Below, piece by piece: positions 1 through 9,481 of a stretch of DNA of 64,000 nucleotides. The notes beneath the pieces were generated by a model. It searched no databases. It was not told where the DNA came from and saw only the letters and a list, made by a program, of their open reading frames with translations. The DNA comes from Candidatus Omnitrophota bacterium (GTDB lineage: Bacteria; Omnitrophota; Gorgyraeia; Zapsychrales; JANLHA01), in contig JACKFI010000008.1 in the NCBI GenBank assembly GCA_020632555.1, forward strand, positions 638 through 64,637. The letters run 5' to 3'. The position numbers and the translations under genes were made by a program. Position 1 is the stretch's first letter, and every line of letters starts with the position of its first letter.

Positions 1-8
1 CCGATAGG

Positions 9-1148
9 GTGTTGAAGGCCGCCGGCAAGGCAGCGCCGCGAAAACTTGAAACATCGGATATGCCTTTGAATTCTGTGGATGCTGATGTTGATCACATTGT
101 GTCGGAAGATCAACAGGACTTGATGGATCAACAGACGGCCGCTAATTCTCAGATCCCAGAAAAAGCCAAAGCGATTCAGAAGGAAAATTTGGTTTTAAAA
201 AACAAATTAGTCAAAGTTGTTGAAATGGCACAACAAGACCAGGATACGATTAAAGATTTAGAGAAGAATGCTCAAGAACAAAATAGTAAAGTCGAGGCTC
301 TTGAAAATGATCTTGTTGACACGAGGAAAACATTGGCTGTCAAAAAAGAAGCTTTGCAAAAACAAGGTGAGAAATTAAAAGAATTGCAGTTGCGGATTAG
401 TACGATGGAGTTGGATCTTCATTCAAAGCAATATGATTTTAAAGATAAGCAATTGGAATATGAAAAGAAATTGCAGGCCATTGAAAAAGAATTCGGTAAT
501 TATAAATCCGAGAAAGCCAAGACTGAGGAAGATTTGAAAGAGCAGTTGAAAATTCTTAAAGAAGCTTTAACGAGAAAGATCGCGGAGCTAAATGAAGCTC
601 AGGAAAGATTGATTTTTGTTGAAGACAAACTTGCCAAGAGTGAAGCCGCTCATGCTGCGACGATTAAGGAATATGAGGGTGTAAAGAAAACGTTAATGGA
701 TTTAGAAGGGCGCTTATCGGATATCCCGACGGAAATGGCAACAGATCAGACGCCTTTGCTTGAGATTGATCCACAAAATCTTCCGGAGCCTAAAAATCAG
801 AATGAAGTGGCTTATCAACAGTGGATACAGCGGCAAGATAAATTGGTCAGGGCTTTGAAAGAAAAATTATTATGGGCGCGGGACCAGATGGATTATTTGG
901 GGCGTTATGATATTAAAATCAGTGATCAAAAAATGGCTGCTCTCAAAGAGCAATTGGTTGTTATTAAGCGGCAGTTGACTGTTCAAGAAGATTCAACCAG
1001 TAAAAAGGCTGCGGATTATACAATGATGGAAGAGCGATTGAAAGATGCGCAGCAGCGTTTGGACATGGTTGAGAAAATTTTGCGTGAGAAGGATGAGCAG
1101 GTTAAAGAGTTGGAAAAGCAGCTTAACGGAGTTTTGTCTGCTTTTTAA
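9..1148 (+). CDS. Coiled-coil protein, probably 5'-truncated by the window edge
   Basis: 379-aa ORF. The frame stays open back to base 3, so the GTG at 9 may not be the true start. K/E/Q/L-rich heptad-like sequence (KDLEKNAQEQNSKVEALENDLVDTRKTLAVKKEALQKQGEKLKELQ). No enzymatic motif recognised. Confidence 0.6.
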   Translation: MLKAAGKAAPRKLETSDMPLNSVDADVDHIVSEDQQDLMDQQTAANSQIPEKAKAIQKENLVLKNKLVKVVEMAQQDQDTIKDLEKNAQEQNSKVEALENDLVDTRKTLAVKKEALQKQGEKLKELQLRISTMELDLHSKQYDFKDKQLEYEKKLQAIEKEFGNYKSEKAKTEEDLKEQLKILKEALTRKIAELNEAQERLIFVEDKLAKSEAAHAATIKEYEGVKKTLMDLEGRLSDIPTEMATDQTPLLEIDPQNLPEPKNQNEVAYQQWIQRQDKLVRALKEKLLWARDQMDYLGRYDIKISDQKMAALKEQLVVIKRQLTVQEDSTSKKAADYTMMEERLKDAQQRLDMVEKILREKDEQVKELEKQLNGVLSAF

Positions 1149-1200
1149 TTGGGTTAATTCTTGGGGGCATGGTTGGTATTAATATTAAATCTTATAAAAA

Positions 1201-1232
1201 ACGGTAATCTTGGGAGAGATTGCCGTTTTTTA
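1201..1232 (+). terminator. Rho-independent terminator after the coiled-coil gene
   Basis: ACGGTAATCT (1201-1210) pairs with AGATTGCCGT (1217-1226), including one G-U. The loop is TGGGAG and a T6 run follows. Confidence 0.7.
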
Positions 1233-1263
1233 TTAAAGATTCTTTAAAAAGGTTCTTTGTCTT

Positions 1264-2034
1264 ATGTCGGTTGAACGAAAATTAATTATTACTAAGTTAA
1301 ATGGGTTTTTAACTGGTGAAATTTCTGCTTCAGAAATTTATGAGTGGACTCTTTTTGTTGCTGTTGCCAGTGATTATGAAAACTTGATTAAAAACGATAA
1401 GTTAGTTGAGCAAATTTTTCAATTTTTAATGGATATCACCAAGCCGCGGTCTTCGTTGGTTTCAGATAAGAAAGTTCTTGAATATTTTATTCAATGCTTG
1501 GAAGATAAACGAAAATTCTCTCAGGAAAATTATCAGTCGATTATTCTTAACAAACCCGTTGGGGCTGCTGATGTTTCTGTTAAGCCCAAGACTAGGGTTG
1601 TCGTAAAGCCGGCAACATCGTTAGGATGGTTGGTTGGAGCGGCGAAGGTTTATGCGCTGATTTTCATTATAATTTCTTTGTTTTTGAATGGCGTTTCTGT
1701 CATGAAACCAGATTTATTGGTCAAAGCTAATGAAATTGCACCGACCACTGGAGAAGTTTGGAGCAGTGCTTTGCCTCATTTGCTGTATGGTGTTTTGATT
1801 TTAATTGCTATGTTTATGAAAGTCCCTAAGGTTGTTTTTTATGGATTTGTTCCGGTCGCGATTTGGGGCATGTTTTTTTATTGGTCGATGGCAACAGGTT
1901 TTGTTTTAAAATATGGTTTATCGGCGAGGAATATCTTGGTGTTGCTCGTTCTTATGGCTCTGCCGCCAACCGCTGCTTTTTTTGTTTTGCTAAATCAATG
2001 GTTTAGTCGTTTGCAGACATTACGGAAAAAATAA
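1264..2034 (+). CDS. Hypothetical membrane protein (soluble N-domain + 4-5 TM helices)
   Basis: 256-aa ORF with hydrophobic helices (VYALIFIIISLFLNGV, LLYGVLILIAMFM, VAIWGMFFYWSMATGFVL, ILVLLVLMALPPTAAFFVLL). No family recognised. Confidence 0.55.
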   Translation: MSVERKLIITKLNGFLTGEISASEIYEWTLFVAVASDYENLIKNDKLVEQIFQFLMDITKPRSSLVSDKKVLEYFIQCLEDKRKFSQENYQSIILNKPVGAADVSVKPKTRVVVKPATSLGWLVGAAKVYALIFIIISLFLNGVSVMKPDLLVKANEIAPTTGEVWSSALPHLLYGVLILIAMFMKVPKVVFYGFVPVAIWGMFFYWSMATGFVLKYGLSARNILVLLVLMALPPTAAFFVLLNQWFSRLQTLRKK

Positions 2035-2103
2035 TGGTTTCAGTAAAAAAATGTGCTCGACTAAAAAGATATTTATGTTAAATTCATTCACAGGAGAAAT
2101 TTT

Positions 2104-2607
2104 ATGTTAGCATTATTTTTATTAATTTTGGGTATCGCGTCTCGTTTGGTGATTCATGTGCCGAATTTTACACCGGTTTTGGCTTTAGCTTTATTTGGCG
2201 GAGTTTATTTAAGCCCTCGCCGTGCTGTCGTGATGCCCTTGGCGTTGATGATGATTTCTGATTTGTTGATTGGTGGGCATAATACGATTTTCTTTACTTG
2301 GGGCAGTGTCGCGCTGATTTCTCTTTTGGGTTTAGTGATTCGTTCACGTAAGAATTTTTATAATATCGCGGCGATGGCTGTTTTATCAGCAATTTTGTTT
2401 TTTGTTGTAACAAATATTGGAGCGTGGTTGATGATGTATCCTAAGACGGTCGCTGGCTTGCAAATGTGTTTTTTGGCTGCGGTTCCGTTTTTTAGAGATA
2501 CTTTGGTGAGCACATTGGTTTATAGTTTTGTTTTGTTTGGTGGGTATGAAATGCTTGCGCAACGGGTTGCTAAAACACGATGGGCCAGTATTTTGCAGGC
2601 TGTTTAA
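2104..2607 (+). CDS. Small polytopic membrane protein, DUF6580-like putative transporter component
   Basis: 167 aa, all-helical. The N-terminus HVPNFTPVLALALFGGVYL resembles the DUF6580 family as I recall it. SD-like AGGAGAAA lies 6 nt upstream. Confidence 0.5.
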   Translation: MLALFLLILGIASRLVIHVPNFTPVLALALFGGVYLSPRRAVVMPLALMMISDLLIGGHNTIFFTWGSVALISLLGLVIRSRKNFYNIAAMAVLSAILFFVVTNIGAWLMMYPKTVAGLQMCFLAAVPFFRDTLVSTLVYSFVLFGGYEMLAQRVAKTRWASILQAV

Positions 2608-2699
2608 TTCTCGTTCTGTTGATGATATTATTGTGCCAGTTTCATCCTTGCGGATGGTTCCGTGTATGATTTTAATTTTGCAGTGAATGTGATTTTTGA

Positions 2700-2916
2700 A
2701 GATTGAAATCATGCTGGAAAGGAGAATCTCGTGAAAATCGAGAGCGGTCCCGCCACTGTGAATTCTAAAATAAGTTTTATGTTTTAGAAAAGTCAGGTCG
2801 CCTAACGGGTACAGAGTGGATTTCTCTGCGAAAGACAGAGGATGAAGACTACCCCTTGGGAATAAAGTGACGAAGGGTGCAATCCCAATTGAATATATAT
2901 TCGATTGGGGTTTTTT
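2700..2916 (+). promoter_or_regulatory. Cobalamin (B12) riboswitch with terminator expression platform
   Basis: The conserved core is read directly: GGAAAGGAGAATCTCGTGAAAATCGAGAGCGGTCCCGCCACTGTGA from 2716 (B12 box GCCACTG at 2752-2758). Then AAGTCAGGTCGCC at 2790-2803. A terminator hairpin CCCAATTGAAT / ATTCGATTGGGG (2884-2910) plus T6 ends 35 nt upstream of a TonB-dependent receptor gene. Confidence 0.8.
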
Positions 2917-2951
2917 GTTTATAAAAGGCAAACCATAACATTGGAGAAGAA

Positions 2952-4961
2952 ATGAAAAGAATTTTAGGGATAAGTTTAGCGATTGTTTTAGCTAATGCTG
3001 CTTTAGCTGCGGCGAATTTGAGTTTTGATTTGGATAAAATTGTTGTGACCAGTTCTCGATTCGAGCAACAAGATTATAAAGTTGGCAGCAATATGACGGT
3101 GATTTCTCAAGAGCAAATTCAAGCGTCGAACGCGAGCAATATTTCCGATCTTTTAAAATCCGCTAATGGTGTTCATATTTATGATTACAACACCAATAGA
3201 ACAGCGGTTATTGATATTCGTGGGTTTGGGGATACTGCGGCGAGAAATGTTTTGATTTTAATAAATGGCCGCAAGGTCAATGCGATTGATATTTCAGCTC
3301 CTGATTTGGGACAAATTCCATTGGGCGCGGTTGAGAGAATCGAAATTCTAAGAGGTGCCGGATCAGTGCTTTATGGGGACAATGCTGTTGGCGGTGTGGT
3401 GAATATTATTACTAAAAAAGGCAAAGGTGATTTGCAAGGTAAAATTGGTGCGGTTTATAGCAGTTATGATTCGCTGGGAGAACACATTGAGTTCTCAGGC
3501 GCGTATCAGAAAATGTCGTATTTCTTTTATTCAAAATATTTGGATCAAAAAGGATATCGAAGCAATAGTGATGAATTATCCAAGAACTTTAATACGCGTT
3601 TGGGATATGAGTTCTCGCAGAATTTCTCATCGGATGTTGAAATCGGATGGCATAAGGATGATACTCGCTTGCCGGGAGGTCTTTCCGCTGCGGATTTGGA
3701 CCAATTTGGTCGTCGATCATCGCGGTATCCCAGTGACTATTCTTCGACGAAAGATCGTTATTTTAAATTGGGCATGAGTGCTAAGCCTTTGATTGACAGT
3801 GTTTATTTTGGGGATATTTCTTTGGCAGTGCTTTATCGTAATCGGGATGCATTTGATGCGTTTAATACCGGAGGGCCGTGGCATACCAATCGTTCAATTG
3901 ATACTTATGGGGTAACGGGTAAATATGTTTTTGATCGAACCATTTTTGATAAGGAGGTTAATTTTATTACCGGCATTGATTATTATGACCACACAAATGA
4001 TATTGTCGGCAGCGGAAATAATGCTGATGATATTACAATCAAAAAGAAAGAATTCGGAATTTATGAATCTTTGCAATTGGAGTTAGTTGATCATGTTTTT
4101 GTGAATACGGCAACGCGTTACAATAAAGTCGATTATGAGTTTCACCAGCGTAATGTTGTTGTCAATCAATCACAAAGCCCTGATAAATGGGTTAATTCGG
4201 GTGGCTTGAAATATGAATATGCCAAAGAGTCAAATCTTCATCTAGGCTGGCAGCAAACTTTTCGTTTCTTAGCAACAGATGAATGGTATAGCACCGCTAA
4301 TTATCCCAGCTTTGGTATTACGCCAGGTTTGAATTTGAATCTTAAACAACAATCTGGTGTTCAATATGAGGCGGGGGTCAAACATAATTTTAATGACAAA
4401 GTCATTGTCGGAATTACGCCGTATTTGATTGTGAATGAAAATGAAATATTTTTTGATCCCATTACATTTGGCAATAGCAATTATGACAAAACTCGACGGA
4501 TGGGTATTGAGTTTGAGCAACAGGTGGATCTTTTGAAAATATTTGAAACGGATTTCTTTGATAAGCTCAAATGGATGACCAGTTATACATATCAAAACGC
4601 GCGTTTTGATAAAGGAGCTAATGATGGAAAAGATATTCCTATGGTTCCAATGCATGTGGCCAGTCAATCACTGAATGCGCGAATCTACAAATATTATGGC
4701 GTTTCGTTAACTGGAAGATATATTGGATCAACGTTTGCTATTAATGATGTGCAAAATAGCACGGACAAGGTGAAGCCTTACGAAATCTTCGACGTTAAAA
4801 TGTCTTACAATAGAAAGAATTATGAGATTTATTTTGCGGTTAATAATGTTTTTGATAAATCCTATTATAGTTATGTCGCTAAGTCGACGTTTTCCGCAGC
4901 TAAATCTTACTTTCCGGCACCGGAAAGAAATTTTAGCTTAGGGGTAGATGTGCAGTTTTAA
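2952..4961 (+). CDS. btuB: TonB-dependent outer-membrane receptor, BtuB-like (riboswitch-controlled)
   Basis: 669 aa. Signal peptide MKRILGISLAIVLANAALA. TonB-box-like DKIVVTSSR. Plug motif IEILRGAGSVLYGDNAVGGVVNIITK. C-terminal barrel ends in aromatic ...NFSLGVDVQF. Sits directly behind the B12 riboswitch. Confidence 0.85.
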   Translation: MKRILGISLAIVLANAALAAANLSFDLDKIVVTSSRFEQQDYKVGSNMTVISQEQIQASNASNISDLLKSANGVHIYDYNTNRTAVIDIRGFGDTAARNVLILINGRKVNAIDISAPDLGQIPLGAVERIEILRGAGSVLYGDNAVGGVVNIITKKGKGDLQGKIGAVYSSYDSLGEHIEFSGAYQKMSYFFYSKYLDQKGYRSNSDELSKNFNTRLGYEFSQNFSSDVEIGWHKDDTRLPGGLSAADLDQFGRRSSRYPSDYSSTKDRYFKLGMSAKPLIDSVYFGDISLAVLYRNRDAFDAFNTGGPWHTNRSIDTYGVTGKYVFDRTIFDKEVNFITGIDYYDHTNDIVGSGNNADDITIKKKEFGIYESLQLELVDHVFVNTATRYNKVDYEFHQRNVVVNQSQSPDKWVNSGGLKYEYAKESNLHLGWQQTFRFLATDEWYSTANYPSFGITPGLNLNLKQQSGVQYEAGVKHNFNDKVIVGITPYLIVNENEIFFDPITFGNSNYDKTRRMGIEFEQQVDLLKIFETDFFDKLKWMTSYTYQNARFDKGANDGKDIPMVPMHVASQSLNARIYKYYGVSLTGRYIGSTFAINDVQNSTDKVKPYEIFDVKMSYNRKNYEIYFAVNNVFDKSYYSYVAKSTFSAAKSYFPAPERNFSLGVDVQF

Positions 4962-5098
4962 AAAATGTTGCTTTTCTGGGCAAGATGGTGAGGCGCTGTT
5001 ATAATGAACGCGGATTTTGCATTAGACTCGCCTTTGCGAGGCCAAGCAAAATTTGGGATGAGCCGTCCGGTGAGGTTTTATAATTTAGAATCACGTGC

Positions 5099-7246
5099 AT
5101 GCCCAAATCAAATCAAAAAAAGATTGATGTTTTTTGGTTCTTCTGTGGATTAACCATAGTCCTATGGGTGTGTTCCTTTTGGATTTTTCTTTCCTATCAA
5201 GCACAGCTGGTTACTGACGCAGTGTCTTTCTATGATCATCTAAAGTTCTATATTGATAATATCGTTCAAGGCATTTATCCTTCGTGGGATTCCTTGTGGA
5301 ATTGCGGTGCTCCCAATGAGTTCTTTTTGCGACGTATCGGGGTGTTTAATCCGTTACTTTTGTTGATTATTATTCCTTATAAATTGGGGCTTGCTTATTG
5401 GACAGCGTTTGCTGTATTTCTTACTTTTTATTTCTTCTTAGGAATGGTTGGATTTTATCGGCTAGTTTTAGAGGTTGTGAAAGATAAAAAGTTGGCAATT
5501 CTTGCTTTTGTCTTTTTAAGCTTTTCATCTTTGGGAACAAGAGTTTTTGACTCGTATATGATGATGATTCTGACGCCAATGATTTGGTTCTTTTATTTTT
5601 CTTTTGTTTTTGGACGGTCAGGCCAAAGATCCGCTTTGTTGGGTATGGTTTTTTGTACAATGCTTTTGATGACGACGTATATCCCATTTTATTTTCTGGT
5701 TTTGGTTCTATCGTTCTTAATTTTCTTTGTGCTTATTTTTCCGAAAGCAGCTGGTTGTTTTGTTGCACGATTATGGCGGTTTTTTCAATGCTATCCATGG
5801 CTAACATTGATTTGTTTATTAGCTTTGGCTGTGTCTTGTTTGCCGGGCATGATGTTTTTTAAATCTGCCGCTCAAGGTGATTTCTCCATGCCTTTGCGGC
5901 ATTTTGCTGCGACAGATCCGCACATTCTAACCGTTCAAACAGAGGTGATCACTTATTGGGCAATTCCTGAGGATTTGATGTATTCGTCCTTTTATCTTGA
6001 AGATTTGCGGCTTTTTGATTTTGCGGTTTTTTATGTTCCGTTATTTGCGATGATTTTGCTATTGCTAGGGATGGTGACGCGCATTAATCGAAAAGTCTTT
6101 TTTATCTTTTTGTGGGGAAGCTTTCTTTTGATTATGGGGTCGCCTTATGTTTTGCCGCTGTATGATATTTTGTATCAGTCGATATTTTTCTTTAAGTATT
6201 TTCGAAATTTGCATTTCTTCCTGTGGTTTGCGATCTTGCCGTTGATGATTATTTTTGTAGTTGAACAGATGCGATTGTTTTTGAAGATGATGGACGATCA
6301 GCCTAGACGGAAATTTTATAATCTTGTTTTTATTATACTTGTCCATCTGGCTTTGGCTGTTTTCTTAGTTTGGCGGCAAAGTTTTAATTATTCCACGTGG
6401 GCTGTTGTGGTGGTCAGTTTGGTATTCTTTATCAGTTATTGGTATCAGCGTTTGCCGGGGTGGTTGATTTGCGCAGTGTGTTTTTTTGCGGCCGTGATTC
6501 AGCCATTGGAAGTGTACCAACATTTGCAACAGAATACAGAGAAAAGCATTTATGTGTCGCCTTATGATCAATTGCCGCGTGAGTTTGAATATACCCGTGG
6601 GCAAAAAAGTAAATTGGCGGATGAGGATGTGGCGCTTAGTGAGCAATCACCGCAGTTGAACAGTCCGTTGTATTTTGGGACACAGTGGTATAACTTTTTG
6701 TGGAATAATATGGATGCTCGTATTCTGAAGAATTATGTTTTTAATAAATTTGTTTTGTATGACCATATTGCGCCTTTTGATGAACAAAAAGATGATTTGA
6801 AAGTCGTCGCTCGCAATTGGGCAAAGAATCTTAATACTGCTTTTGTTACAAAGAAAGATTTCATTGACAGGGATTATGGTGACAGTCAGCAGCAAGCGAT
6901 AAGAATTGAACAGAGTCAGCCCTATTTGAATGTTGTTCAGGTAAACACCAATCGAATTCGAATTACAACGCATTTGCTAACGACCAAGTTCTTGGTTTTT
7001 AATGATTGCTATTATCCAGGGTGGCGGGCGTTTATTAATGGGCAAGAAACCCCTTTGTATCGTGCCAATATTGCTTTTAAAGGCATTTGGGTTCCGCCTG
7101 GTGAACAAAATATCGAATTTACTTTTGGCAACTTCAACAGTAATCAACGTGATGTTTTTATCATGATTTTTTATTTTGTATTTTTTATTTTATTTCTTTG
7201 GCTTTGGCACAAAGATTCTTTATTTATGGACGAGCCCAATGCTTGA
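5099..7246 (+). CDS. YfhO-family polytopic membrane protein (GT-C-like glycosyltransferase candidate)
   Basis: 715 aa with more than 12 hydrophobic helices. C-terminal soluble part has YYPGWRAFINGQETPLYRANIAFKGIWVPPGEQNIEFTF, the YfhO-type signature, then a final TM. No SD. TATAAT at 5079-5084 lies only 15 nt upstream of the ATG. Confidence 0.7.
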   Translation: MPKSNQKKIDVFWFFCGLTIVLWVCSFWIFLSYQAQLVTDAVSFYDHLKFYIDNIVQGIYPSWDSLWNCGAPNEFFLRRIGVFNPLLLLIIIPYKLGLAYWTAFAVFLTFYFFLGMVGFYRLVLEVVKDKKLAILAFVFLSFSSLGTRVFDSYMMMILTPMIWFFYFSFVFGRSGQRSALLGMVFCTMLLMTTYIPFYFLVLVLSFLIFFVLIFPKAAGCFVARLWRFFQCYPWLTLICLLALAVSCLPGMMFFKSAAQGDFSMPLRHFAATDPHILTVQTEVITYWAIPEDLMYSSFYLEDLRLFDFAVFYVPLFAMILLLLGMVTRINRKVFFIFLWGSFLLIMGSPYVLPLYDILYQSIFFFKYFRNLHFFLWFAILPLMIIFVVEQMRLFLKMMDDQPRRKFYNLVFIILVHLALAVFLVWRQSFNYSTWAVVVVSLVFFISYWYQRLPGWLICAVCFFAAVIQPLEVYQHLQQNTEKSIYVSPYDQLPREFEYTRGQKSKLADEDVALSEQSPQLNSPLYFGTQWYNFLWNNMDARILKNYVFNKFVLYDHIAPFDEQKDDLKVVARNWAKNLNTAFVTKKDFIDRDYGDSQQQAIRIEQSQPYLNVVQVNTNRIRITTHLLTTKFLVFNDCYYPGWRAFINGQETPLYRANIAFKGIWVPPGEQNIEFTFGNFNSNQRDVFIMIFYFVFFILFLWLWHKDSLFMDEPNA

Positions 7247-8174
7247 GCATTGCAAGCGAATTGGAAATTTCATTAAGAGTGTATTTTTACGCACATTCTT
7301 TCTTTATTGTGCGTTGGGGATTGTGCTTTTTTCTTGTGTGGATATGGAGCGGGCTTGGAGTCATGTGGTAACAACGACTTTAAGCCGGTATATGCCGCCG
7401 CATGATTATTTGATTGCTTTTGATCATGACCGCAAAAAATTTGATTTGAAAAAAACGCAAGAATTTGAACGGTATTATCGTAAGGTTTCGCAATTTATGC
7501 CGTTTTTATCTGAGGCGCATGGGTTATTAGGTTTTTGTTATTTTTATGACGGACAAATTGGCAAAGCAGAGAAGGCTTACCAAGCGGCAACGCGCGCATA
7601 TTTTAAAATTTTTAATTTTCATTATAACTTAGCAGTTATTTCGCTTCGCAAGAATGATCATCGTAAAGCCTTGGAACATTTTAGAAATAGTGTTGATGTT
7701 TCACCCATTGAGAATATTCAATATATTGTTAATGCGCGAATGTATAAACCCTTCTTGCCTTTTGCAAAACAGCCGAATCTTTTAGCCGCGGCGATGGGTG
7801 AATATACTCACGATGTTTATTGGCGGGCTTATTTGCAAATTTTTGTGATTTGTGAGGAGCTCAAAGATTATCCGACGATGTTGTTTTACGCGCGTCATGC
7901 AATTGCTGGTGGATTCTCAAAGCAAGGGATTGCTTATTATTATGCGGGGCGAGCGGCGTATGAATTAAAAGAGTATAAAAGTGGGGCGTGGTATTTGCAT
8001 CAGGCGATTAGTGAGGGTTTTGATTACGCTCAGGCGTATCAGTTTATGGGTTTATCTTTAAGTGCATTGGGACGCGCGGAAAAGGACGCAGCGTTTATTG
8101 CAGCGGCGCGTTTAAGTTCTCAAGGAAAAGTTTTTTTGGGTCAAGAATTAAAGATGGAGTTATTGGTTTTTTGA
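7239..8174 (+). CDS. TPR-repeat protein with N-terminal membrane anchor
   Basis: The ORF track starts at 7176. The ATG at 7239 overlaps the upstream stop (ATGCTTGA) and is the likelier start. TPR-like A/Y/G periodicity (GKAEKAYQAATRAY..., YYYAGRAAYELKEYKSGAWYLHQAI, AQAYQFMGLSLSALGRAEKD). Confidence 0.6.
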   Translation: MLEHCKRIGNFIKSVFLRTFFLYCALGIVLFSCVDMERAWSHVVTTTLSRYMPPHDYLIAFDHDRKKFDLKKTQEFERYYRKVSQFMPFLSEAHGLLGFCYFYDGQIGKAEKAYQAATRAYFKIFNFHYNLAVISLRKNDHRKALEHFRNSVDVSPIENIQYIVNARMYKPFLPFAKQPNLLAAAMGEYTHDVYWRAYLQIFVICEELKDYPTMLFYARHAIAGGFSKQGIAYYYAGRAAYELKEYKSGAWYLHQAISEGFDYAQAYQFMGLSLSALGRAEKDAAFIAAARLSSQGKVFLGQELKMELLVF

Positions 8175-8190
8175 TTAGGGGCGGATTTAA

Positions 8191-9279
8191 TTAATCATCG
8201 TCGGTCATAATTTTGAATTGTGCCCAGATGGGTTTGTTGGCAGCGATAGGTTTCTTTTGCCGTGAAGGGAAGGCATCTTCTTTCATGTTGATGATGCCAA
8301 ATTTGCCGTTGTATTCAATAAGTTGGTTTCGTTTAAACCAAAAATTTCCCAGAAGATTAATTTGTGTTTTATTTGCGGGAGCGGATTTGGCAATGATTGG
8401 CAAAAAGGAGGAGGCACTATTCCAGTTTAATGCTTCTGAGTGAAAAGCAAAATCACCAAATATCATTGTGTCTTTAATATCGGGATTTTCATTTTGCAGG
8501 GTTTCATAAAATTCTTCTAATGGTTCAAGAGAAGCAAGGTTGATCCCGGCCAGGGGAGTATGAAATGTCGCGATGGTAAAATCAAAGTCGCCAATTTTAA
8601 ATGATTCATAATAAGGCTGGGATGGAAAAGCGTCAGTTTGGGGATATAGTTTACCGGCAGTTAAAGCTTGAATTTTATCACTGCGATACAAGTAGGCGGT
8701 GATTGTTTTGTCGTTGTTGGTTGCCGGGCTGGCTTCAACAGCCGCGTCATAGCGCAGAATTTTTAATAAAGTTGTCGCTTGAGGCAGAAATCTTTGATTG
8801 GTCAGACCGGCAATACTGCTTAAATCACAAAAACGAAGAATGTTGGCAAGATGGACCATTTCTGGATCAGTGAGTGAATTATTCAAAATAAAATTAGCGT
8901 CAAATGAACAGACTGTAATTTCATCGGGTTGATGCCGAATCATTTCGGCGGGGATGTCTTTTTCCAGCGCTTCGGCCGTATAGATCAGTTCTTCAAAGGT
9001 TCGGGTTTCAACTTTAGGCGCCGCTAATTTTTCTTGGGTTTTTTGAAGGCGGGCTTCTTTCCATTGAGCTATTTTATCATTGAATTTTTTGCTGAATTCT
9101 TTGGCAGATTTATTGTAATCTCTTAAGTAAAAATTAATTTTTGCGATTTCTCGTTTGTGAGAGCGCTGAAAATCCTTGTTATTATAAACCACATATCCTG
9201 CGCCAATGATGATAACCAGACAAAAAATAATGGTTAAAAAAGCTTTGCCATGTTTATTTTCGTTTTGAGTGGAATTCAT
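8191..9279 (-). CDS. Membrane-anchored DNase I / endonuclease-exonuclease-phosphatase (EEP)-like protein, possibly catalytically degenerate
   Basis: 362 aa with an N-terminal TM (AFLTIIFCLVIIIGAGYVVY) and a coiled-coil linker. Blocks have EEP-like spacing: ITVCSFDANFI, CDLSSIAGL, AYLYRSDKI, FDFTIATFHTP, MIFGDFAFH. The fold call is by eye only. Confidence 0.4.
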   Translation of the reverse strand: MNSTQNENKHGKAFLTIIFCLVIIIGAGYVVYNNKDFQRSHKREIAKINFYLRDYNKSAKEFSKKFNDKIAQWKEARLQKTQEKLAAPKVETRTFEELIYTAEALEKDIPAEMIRHQPDEITVCSFDANFILNNSLTDPEMVHLANILRFCDLSSIAGLTNQRFLPQATTLLKILRYDAAVEASPATNNDKTITAYLYRSDKIQALTAGKLYPQTDAFPSQPYYESFKIGDFDFTIATFHTPLAGINLASLEPLEEFYETLQNENPDIKDTMIFGDFAFHSEALNWNSASSFLPIIAKSAPANKTQINLLGNFWFKRNQLIEYNGKFGIINMKEDAFPSRQKKPIAANKPIWAQFKIMTDDD

Positions 9280-9481
9280 AGTTTCACTTAGGGATTAAAG
9301 GTATTTATTTTATAGAGATTTTTAATGGTTTTTATTATAGCATTAAGTTGTCATGCGAGAAGTATTGTGTCAAAAAAATGTTTATTATGCAGGACATTCT
9401 TACAAAATTAATATTTAATTGTAATGGGCACATGGCGGATGATTGGGTATACTTTCACTGTTAACAACAGGAGGACAGGCT

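Noticed and set aside
2386-2931. 181-aa minus-strand ORF
   Set aside because: It overlaps the 3' end of a good plus-strand membrane-protein gene and the entire cobalamin riboswitch. Its composition is low-complexity and it has no SD. It is spurious.
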